In this document: positions 57,356 to 64,000 of the stretch, piece by piece | Layout of the letters: each line of letters begins with the position of its first letter | How positions within the stretch are numbered: position 1 is the stretch's first letter | Virus record (IMG/VR): IMGVR_UViG_3300046559_001153 | Location: 1 to 64,000 of that record | Reading direction: 5' to 3' (one strand) | Length of the DNA stretch: 64,000 nucleotides | Notes under the pieces: model-generated | Databases searched by the model: none | The model's input: only the letters and a program-made list of their open reading frames with translations | Told to the model about the DNA's origin: nothing | Program-made: the position numbers and the translations under genes

Positions 57356-57834
57356 TGAGAGAATTGACGATCACGATCCGCTTCTCACAGCCCAGTCTGG
57401 GAAACGTAAAACAGCCTGACGGGAGTTTTGCCTTTCCTCGAGGAGCTACACCGGTAGACGTGCTGTTTTTCGCCAGCTGGTGGAAAGCGTTGATTTGTTT
57501 TGCGGCTGATGCCGTTGGCAAACGCCAGGACGCCGTTCGCGAGATCCTCTGGGATCCTCGAATTGTCGGGGCACCTAAGACGGGCCCTCGTTATGGGTAC
57601 CGTCGTCGCCGCGGTGAACGGTTCATTGTGCATGAGCAGTTTGCTGTGGGCGACACTCTGTCTGTGCATTGCCTGGTTCCGACAGAGATTACTGACCCTG
57701 ATCTGCTTGAGTTGATGACAACGGCCGGAGCATACCGAGGCATTAGTCCGTTTCAGCCCGGCATTTTCGGACAGTTCGTTGTCGATAGAATCGAGAAAAA
57801 GGCCGGATTATCAAATCCGGCTGATTCAGCTTGA
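57355..57834 (+). CDS. Stand-alone RAMP/Cas7-like protein
   Basis: N-terminal strand TIRFSQPSLG, helix SWWKALI, HE.F.VG strand, L.ELM..AG.YRGISPF.PG.FG.F.V Gly-rich loop. Confidence 0.5.
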   Translation: MRELTITIRFSQPSLGNVKQPDGSFAFPRGATPVDVLFFASWWKALICFAADAVGKRQDAVREILWDPRIVGAPKTGPRYGYRRRRGERFIVHEQFAVGDTLSVHCLVPTEITDPDLLELMTTAGAYRGISPFQPGIFGQFVVDRIEKKAGLSNPADSA

Positions 57835-57883
57835 CCGCCATTCGCGGAAAGTTAAACTTGCCTCCCCCCATCAAGGAGTTCTC

Positions 57884-58225
57884 GTGGACTGGCTTATTGC
57901 CCACCTAATCGGTGACTATCTGATTCAAAACGATTGGATGGCGAGAAATAAAAAGACCAGCACAAGCCTGTGTCTGATTCATGTCATCTCGTACACGCTC
58001 GTAATGGCCTGTTTTACGCTGTGGCCGCCGACAGCTTTGTTGATCGTGGCAGTCACCCATTTTGCACAGGATCGAACTCAATTCGTCGCCTGGTACATGC
58101 GTGTGATGGGCCAGACTGAGTTCGCCAAACCACCACTGGCGCCGTGGTCGTGCATCATAGTCGACAACGTGCTCCACCTGGTGGTTCTTTATTGCATTTC
58201 GATTTCCCCGTTGGTACGCCCATGA
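57884..58225 (+). CDS. DUF3307 membrane protein
   Basis: AHLIGDYLIQNDWMA..K, H...YT, THF..D, DN.LH. Confidence 0.8.
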   Translation: MDWLIAHLIGDYLIQNDWMARNKKTSTSLCLIHVISYTLVMACFTLWPPTALLIVAVTHFAQDRTQFVAWYMRVMGQTEFAKPPLAPWSCIIVDNVLHLVVLYCISISPLVRP

Positions 58226-59673
58226 AAATCAATGTTTTGCGCCGTGGTCAGTGGATAGTGATCGACCCGACGACCCCGGAAATTCTGACTGTGTTGGATA
58301 AAGCGTTGACGTACACAAAGCGAGAGTTCCTCTACGGTCTCGACCGTAAGCGGGCTCTGGCTGATGGTCGACCGCCGCTTCAGCTTGTAGATCTCGCTTG
58401 TTACACGCTCGATCACAAACAACGGGTGGCATGCGCCTACGGTTTCTACCCTCGCATTCGAAAGTTGTTGCGCGAGCTGGGGCACGAGGTGAATCTGAGT
58501 AATCTGGCCCCGCACCCGCATCCAGAGATCTTCGAACCGGACTGGAGCAACGTGCTCTCGTTCACAGAACTGCGATACCGACAACAGGAATTTCTTGAGC
58601 TGCTGATCAATAAAGATCAAGGACGATTCGACTGTCCACCCGGGTTTGGCAAGACAATGTTGATCGCCCTGGCTGCCCGGCTGTTTCCGAAAGCCAAGAT
58701 CGATATCACGGCCGTGTCCGCGGATGTTTGCCGCAACATCTGTAGCGAGCTCGAAACGGCGTTGCCGAATGTTGGCTTGATTGGTGGCGGCAAAAAGCAA
58801 AAGGGTCACCGGGTGACTGTGTACGTGGCCAAGTCGTTGTGTCACAGCCCGGCGGATGCGGATATTCTTTTTGGCGACGAATGTCACCAGCTTCCGTGTG
58901 ACAGCTACATCGAGCATTTGACCCGATACCGCTACGCCAGGAAGTACGGCATGTCGGCCACACACGACATGCGATTGGACGGCCAGGACATGCGGGTTGA
59001 ATCGGTTTTCGGCCCGATCATCATGCAGCTGTCCTACCAGGAAGGCGAGGAGAACAAACTGGTTGTGCCTATCCGAGTCGAGTGGACAGACGTCGAAATG
59101 GATTACGACCCGTGCGCCGGAATGGACCAGGTTGAGAAGCTCCGACACGGAATCTGGCGAAACGATTATCGCAACTCGTTGATAGCGGCTGATGCTCGAC
59201 AACACCGGGCAGACGAACAAGTGCTGATCGTTGTTAACACGATCGATCACGCTGTCCATTTGAAACAGGTGTTGCCCGAGTTTACGTTGGTTTACGCGGA
59301 GAACGGCTTGGACGCCATTCATCGTCGCCGGTATACGAAGTGGGGGCTCATTCCGGAGAATGAGCCGTTGATGACCCTCGAGCGTCGCAGTAAGTTGCGG
59401 GTTAAATTTGAATCAGGTGAGTTGAAGAAAGTCATCGCGACCGGTGTGTGGTCGACGGGCGTTGACTTTCGTCAGTTGGAAGTCCTGATTCGAGCCGACG
59501 CCAGCGGTAGTCCGACGCTCGACACTCAGCTTCCTGGCCGTATCTCCAGGTTAAGCGCCGAGACCGGCAAGAACTGCGGGATCTTGCGAGACTACCGCGA
59601 TCAGTTCAACAAGACGTTTGCGCAGCGGGCCAAACGTCGTGAAGCCAATTATGCGGCTAATGGATGGGAGTAA
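58222..59673 (+). CDS. SF2 DNA helicase (UvsW/XPB-like)
   Basis: LRYRQ, PPGFGKT, DECH, MSAT, TGVD, Q.PGR.SR. Confidence 0.88.
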   Translation: MKINVLRRGQWIVIDPTTPEILTVLDKALTYTKREFLYGLDRKRALADGRPPLQLVDLACYTLDHKQRVACAYGFYPRIRKLLRELGHEVNLSNLAPHPHPEIFEPDWSNVLSFTELRYRQQEFLELLINKDQGRFDCPPGFGKTMLIALAARLFPKAKIDITAVSADVCRNICSELETALPNVGLIGGGKKQKGHRVTVYVAKSLCHSPADADILFGDECHQLPCDSYIEHLTRYRYARKYGMSATHDMRLDGQDMRVESVFGPIIMQLSYQEGEENKLVVPIRVEWTDVEMDYDPCAGMDQVEKLRHGIWRNDYRNSLIAADARQHRADEQVLIVVNTIDHAVHLKQVLPEFTLVYAENGLDAIHRRRYTKWGLIPENEPLMTLERRSKLRVKFESGELKKVIATGVWSTGVDFRQLEVLIRADASGSPTLDTQLPGRISRLSAETGKNCGILRDYRDQFNKTFAQRAKRREANYAANGWE

Positions 59674-59675
59674 GT

Positions 59676-60341
59676 ATGCCACTGGTTAATGCGAGATTGG
59701 TGGAATTGACCGCCGGTGTCGTCCGTGCCACGTACATTCAAGAACGCAGTCTGATTGACGGTAAATCGTACATCCCGTCGGTTAAGTGGGATGGTAATGG
59801 GCACGGTAGATCGGCTGATTCGATCTGGCAGAAGATCGCACAGAAGCTGTTGCTTTACGGAGTGGAGCCTGGCAATTTTGTTCGACATTATTTCGAGCGT
59901 ATCGCCGTGGTTGGCGGAAACCGGATAGCGTATTACCCGACTGATCTTTTGAATGAGAGCCTGATCAAGGCATATCGCGATGACTGGCGTCCTATCGCGA
60001 TTGCTGATCTGCGTGACTCGTTCAATTTTCAGACGAACATAGCGAGAATCGCCTTCCTGACGTATCAGGGTCTGCGAAAGGTTGACGCTATCGAGGCGAC
60101 CAAGGCCGTACTGTGGGATCTCGATGTGGAGCTGACGCCCCTGTTTCGTTTCTGTTGGGCTGTCAGTATGAAACGAAAATCGTTTCGCAAGATTCGCGAC
60201 AACTATCTCTTATTGGCCGCGATCCAATACAGCAGCGACAGCGAGTGTTACGACGAGGTTTGGGGAGACCGGATTCCCCAGTCTTTTAAGACCTATGTAA
60301 TCAAGACTCTCGGTTTAGCGTGCAAAGGACGAAAGTTATGA
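59676..60341 (+). CDS. Hypothetical replication-region protein
   Basis: KWDG, LTPLFRFC, Y...W motifs; between helicases. Confidence 0.65.
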   Translation: MPLVNARLVELTAGVVRATYIQERSLIDGKSYIPSVKWDGNGHGRSADSIWQKIAQKLLLYGVEPGNFVRHYFERIAVVGGNRIAYYPTDLLNESLIKAYRDDWRPIAIADLRDSFNFQTNIARIAFLTYQGLRKVDAIEATKAVLWDLDVELTPLFRFCWAVSMKRKSFRKIRDNYLLLAAIQYSSDSECYDEVWGDRIPQSFKTYVIKTLGLACKGRKL

Positions 60342-61969
60342 CAGGGATGAAATTCAAAAAGAGAGAAATTGATACGACTGTCGCGACGCTGAGCGAGGCG
60401 GAAGTCGAACTGATGATGAAGACGGCCATTCGACGCGAAGATGTGTTCACGACGGTTCGTGGCCAGCTGACGGCCGAGATTCTGCACAATTATTCGGAGA
60501 TCCTGTTTGTCGTGTGGCTGGTACTTGAGACGCACTACACGAAACACAAGCAGATGCCCAAGTTCCAGACTCTCAGGGCCGAGCTGAAGGCACACTGTTC
60601 CAGACACAAAGAAGGCTCGACCGGGAACCTGGGAATTGACGAACTACGTCAGGCCATTTTGTTTTGTCGAGAAGCCTACTCGATCAAGCTGGCCGATTTT
60701 GATCCATTGTGGGCGATCGGAAAAATTCGATCGTTCCTGGAGGAGCAGCTTCTTGCCAAAGCTAAGAAGTCCCTCGAGGAAGAAGACCGACGCCCCGGCA
60801 ATCTGCCTGATTTTCTCAAGCAGATGCATGTGGCGTCGGAAGCGATTTCCAGCCTGCAGGGCGACAGCGCCGAACTGCCATTCCCGATTGGCTGGGAACC
60901 CCGCCCCTTGCCGGTGACATCGACCGGCATCGATTTTCTGGACAAGTTCATGGGAGGCGGGGATGCTCTGGGAGAGATCGCCGTGACGATTGGTGCAACT
61001 GGCGGATGTAAGACGACGCTGGCCAATCAGATTGCCTGCAGGCGTGCCCAGTATTACTGGACGCAGGCGAGGGATAACCCGGATGCTCCGAAGCAGATGG
61101 TCTACATGGTGCCTTATGAATCGCCGGTTGAGCCGGAACTTCGACAGAGGATTCTGATGTGCCACGCTGTTGTTCGTCGCGACGAGATGGAAGAGAAGGG
61201 TTGGGCCGGTTTGTCGACGTCTTCAACACCTAAGCCTTATGAGCTCGAGATGTTCAGAGGGGCGATCGCCAGTGGACATTTTCGTGGGGAACGCGAGCGT
61301 ATTGAGGATGCGTCAACCATTCTTAATTCGTCGTTACGATTCATCGACTGCAGTGGGGCTGACCGCGCTCACCCTAACCGCGGCGGCGGATTTGTTGACG
61401 AGCTGGCGGCGATTCTTCAAAATGAACTGCGGACCTACCCTGATCGACAGATCGGCACGGTCATTATCGATTACGCCGGCGTGATGGTCGCAAAACATCT
61501 CGCGGCAACTGGTCAGGATTACAGTCAGCTCCGCCATCATCTCGCCAACTTGCCCCTGCAACTTCGCGATCGAATCGCCTTGCCGATGAATTGTTCGATC
61601 TGGCTGATGCATCAGCTGGCTGGCGCCGCCAACAAGAAGTCGGCGTGGGCGAACATGCATCACTCCGATTCGCAGGAATGCAAGACACTCGCAGATAACT
61701 GCAGTTTCGCGTTTGTTCTTGGAAACATCGATGCTAACGGGCATTGTGTTATCCGCTGCACGAAGCATCGTCGTCAGCCCCGTCACGAACAGGAGATCAT
61801 TAAAGTGGAAGGACAACTAGCCCGAGTCCGCAGTACTCAGGGACAATACTACTACGACGCCCGACGTGCCCAGATTGTCAGTTACGCCGACGCCCAGAAA
61901 ACCATGTCAGCAGAAGAAACACGCCCAGCTCAACGTGGCAGTCTGGGAGTACCCGACTATGAGGGGTAA
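60338..61969 (+). CDS. dnaB: DnaB-like (SF4) replicative helicase
   Basis: STGI.FLD..MGGG, GATGGCKTT, IIDY, HQL, KHR. Confidence 0.78.
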   Translation: MTGMKFKKREIDTTVATLSEAEVELMMKTAIRREDVFTTVRGQLTAEILHNYSEILFVVWLVLETHYTKHKQMPKFQTLRAELKAHCSRHKEGSTGNLGIDELRQAILFCREAYSIKLADFDPLWAIGKIRSFLEEQLLAKAKKSLEEEDRRPGNLPDFLKQMHVASEAISSLQGDSAELPFPIGWEPRPLPVTSTGIDFLDKFMGGGDALGEIAVTIGATGGCKTTLANQIACRRAQYYWTQARDNPDAPKQMVYMVPYESPVEPELRQRILMCHAVVRRDEMEEKGWAGLSTSSTPKPYELEMFRGAIASGHFRGERERIEDASTILNSSLRFIDCSGADRAHPNRGGGFVDELAAILQNELRTYPDRQIGTVIIDYAGVMVAKHLAATGQDYSQLRHHLANLPLQLRDRIALPMNCSIWLMHQLAGAANKKSAWANMHHSDSQECKTLADNCSFAFVLGNIDANGHCVIRCTKHRRQPRHEQEIIKVEGQLARVRSTQGQYYYDARRAQIVSYADAQKTMSAEETRPAQRGSLGVPDYEG

Positions 61970-63086
61970 TCTGAAAGCGACCGGCCGCGTTAAGTTGAAA
62001 TCATCTGGCCGTCTGGAACCGGGACAGGTGATTAACCCTAAATTGTACAGGGCTCTCGAGAAACGTTTTGGCGAGGTGCGTGTAGGCTCGCCAGGGCTCG
62101 AGCTGATCGGCAAAACTGAGCGAATTACGACAGCGTCCGGCCGCGATCATCCTGTCTTGTCGGTGAGGTACTGGGGGGAGCATTACGCTGTCTGCTGCCC
62201 CAAATGCGGAGATACCAAACATAGGCTCTATTTCAGCCAGCGATTTGGTGTCAGCGACAAGCACGGGCTCAATAAGAATCTCGTGTATTGCTTCAACGAG
62301 AACTGCTATGCCGAGTGGGAAGACCGAGAACACCTGTACTCTTTGTTGTTCAACTTCAATATCGGTTCTCAGAAAATTACGGATTTGCGTAAAGGCAAGA
62401 CTCTGACTGAGGTCGAGCTGAAGGTGGTGATCCCCGGCATCACTTACAAGTTGGAAGATCTCGATGAAGATCATGCTTCTCGACGATACATTGAAAGCCG
62501 CGGTTTCGATCCAAACACCCTGTCAAAAATCTACGGGGTGTCTTATTGCGCGTTTGCCCAGGATTACCGCGTGCACAGGCGTATCTTGATCCCCGTCTAC
62601 AATGACGGGAACCTTGTCGGCTGGCAGGCTCGCTATGTGGGTGAACTGGATTGGAAGGGTGAGAATAAGTCAGTCAAGAAGTACCATACCTGCCCGGGCA
62701 TGAGGAAGTCTCTTTGCCTGTACAACCTGGACAGGGCTAAGCACTATCCGACCGGGGTAGTTGTTGAAGGTGTGACTGATGTGTGGTCCTTCGGTCCAAT
62801 GGCCGTCTCTGGTTTCGGAGACAAGATCTCCCCAGGTCAAGTCGACTTGCTCGTTAAACATTTTCAGAACAAGTCGTTGTTGATTGTGTTGGATAGTGAG
62901 CCGAGCGCGTTGGAAAAAGCGCACGAAGTCGCGGAAGAACTGCGTGGCCGAATCGTGAAGGGCGTAGCCGTGATAACGTTGCCCGACGGATCTGATCCGG
63001 CTGATCTGGATCGACGAGTTCTGTGGCAGATCGCTAAGAAACAGGCGGCAGAGCAGGGTGTGTTCTGCTCATTCAAACGGGCGTAA
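61959..63086 (+). CDS. dnaG: DnaG-type primase
   Basis: CPKC..H..C..C zinc finger, YIESRG, RILIP, GWQAR, KY, VVEGVTD, DPAD. Confidence 0.85.
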   Translation: MRGNLKATGRVKLKSSGRLEPGQVINPKLYRALEKRFGEVRVGSPGLELIGKTERITTASGRDHPVLSVRYWGEHYAVCCPKCGDTKHRLYFSQRFGVSDKHGLNKNLVYCFNENCYAEWEDREHLYSLLFNFNIGSQKITDLRKGKTLTEVELKVVIPGITYKLEDLDEDHASRRYIESRGFDPNTLSKIYGVSYCAFAQDYRVHRRILIPVYNDGNLVGWQARYVGELDWKGENKSVKKYHTCPGMRKSLCLYNLDRAKHYPTGVVVEGVTDVWSFGPMAVSGFGDKISPGQVDLLVKHFQNKSLLIVLDSEPSALEKAHEVAEELRGRIVKGVAVITLPDGSDPADLDRRVLWQIAKKQAAEQGVFCSFKRA

Positions 63087-63101
63087 CTTTTCAAAAAGTT
63101 A
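63084..63101. promoter_or_regulatory. Palindrome copy 8 (TAACTTTTCAAAAAGTTA)
   Basis: Overlaps dnaG stop; identical to 38630-38647. Confidence 0.6.
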
Positions 63102-63121
63102 ACAATTTAAGGAGTCGCGGT

Positions 63122-64000
63122 ATGGCTGATCGTGTGCTGATTTCTGATCTGTCCGCGTCGAAAGACAATACTAAAAAACAGCTGAGCAAGCAGGCAGTTG
63201 CCGGTTTGCGTGTCTATCCATTTACTGCCCCGGGGATGCCGAAACCGGGTCCGTCTTTTGTCGCCGCCGCCCGACAGTGGGTTGGAGAGCCCGACGAGCC
63301 TCCGCATGTCCTGTCGAAAGATCAGATCGTTAGGAGGAAAGAAGCGTACGATAAAGCTGTGAATGAACAACTCGCTCAGTTTTATGAGGACGCGTTATAC
63401 AATCCTTTCGATATGCCCGTCGGCTTCAGGCACAAGGATCCGCCATTCCGTGAAGCGCGTTTTGGGTCTAGCCATTTCGTCCCTGGCAGTTTATGGGATA
63501 CGTCTAATATGGGCGACAGGCATAACATGCCTCCGGGCGGATATGGCCCGCGTCGTGCTCGAATCATGGTTATCGGAAAGACGCCTAACCAGGATGAGGT
63601 CAGGCATAACCGTAATCTGGTTGGCGGACCCGGTAGCTATCTTCTCGAGATGCTTCGTCAGTACGGTATTGATGACATGGCCAGCTGGTATGTGACCAGC
63701 CTGGTGAAATTTATCCCGCCGAGGGATAAGACGGCTCTCGCAGCTGAGTGGGTTCAAGACTGCGCTCCGCTGTTGCAGATGGAATTAAGAATCGTTCGAC
63801 CGGAGATCATTCTTTGTCTCGGCGCTGATGCAGTGAAGGCTGTGTTTGGTAAGGGAGTCAAGTTGGCCGAGGTTGAAGGTCGTGATGTTCCCCTTACGTA
63901 CAATTACCATTTATCCGATAGTCATTATCCATTGCGCCACACGGCGAAAGTTTTCTCAGTCGTGCACCCTGCTTTCGTCATGCGTACTCCGGCCGAGGGG
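63122..64000 (+). CDS. Family-4 UDG-like domain, probably N-terminus of phage DNA polymerase (3'-truncated; not in ORF track)
   Basis: AAGGAG SD; my translation gives IMVIGKTPNQDE..LVGGPG, WYVTSLVK, CAPLL..EL.IVRP.IILCLG..A, HPA. Confidence 0.75.
   Translation, partial: MADRVLISDLSASKDNTKKQLSKQAVAGLRVYPFTAPGMPKPGPSFVAAARQWVGEPDEPPHVLSKDQIVRRKEAYDKAVNEQLAQFYEDALYNPFDMPVGFRHKDPPFREARFGSSHFVPGSLWDTSNMGDRHNMPPGGYGPRRARIMVIGKTPNQDEVRHNRNLVGGPGSYLLEMLRQYGIDDMASWYVTSLVKFIPPRDKTALAAEWVQDCAPLLQMELRIVRPEIILCLGADAVKAVFGKGVKLAEVEGRDVPLTYNYHLSDSHYPLRHTAKVFSVVHPAFVMRTPAEG

Noticed and set aside
58189-59322. Long antisense ORFs (also 38768-39547, 46351-47019, 14703-15524, 22180-22899)
   Set aside because: They lie opposite well-supported genes and show no motifs; expected in GC-rich DNA
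1-64000. Stop-codon reassignment; tRNA or rRNA genes
   Set aside because: Standard code gives dense full-length genes using all three stops; no cloverleaf or rRNA-like segment noticed by eye (tRNAscan not run)

Overview
Gene-dense fragment (about 55-58% GC by eye, standard genetic code, almost all genes on +) of a large contractile-tailed dsDNA phage, probably a jumbo phage. The host is probably Planctomycetota, inferred from recalled gene families and Cys-rich motifs and not verified. About 1-27.6 kb is a late/virion block: baseplate gp25-like and J-like genes, a class 3 lipase, a sigma-70-type factor, a membrane/lipoprotein/papain-peptidase cluster, five paralogous Cys-rich tail-associated genes (one with 57 consecutive Thr) and a GT9+GT2 glycosyltransferase. 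About 27.6-45.6 kb is an accessory block: G.U-rich RNA hairpins around csrA, a DUF1257/DUF2997/Ycf46-like AAA/DUF3150-like module, a Gp88-like protein and a WGR protein. Two isolated minus-strand genes are the terminase large subunit and a K-x-A-rich protein. About 48.9-64 kb is replication/recombination: RNase H, direct repeats plus a Rep-like protein, SbcCD, SF2 helicase, DnaB-like helicase, DnaG and a UDG-domain gene cut by the window end. Best leads: (1) five coupled, unrelated genes sharing an 11-residue C-terminal tag [WF]-x4-[RKP]-R-h-h-h-R; (2) an IS110/Nop-like protein next to a stand-alone Cas7/RAMP-like protein inside the replication operon, with no CRISPR array; (3) an 18-bp palindrome at eight gene junctions; (4) a 17-aa peptide shared by two virion proteins despite synonymous divergence. 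All family calls come from reading motifs by eye; no searches were run.
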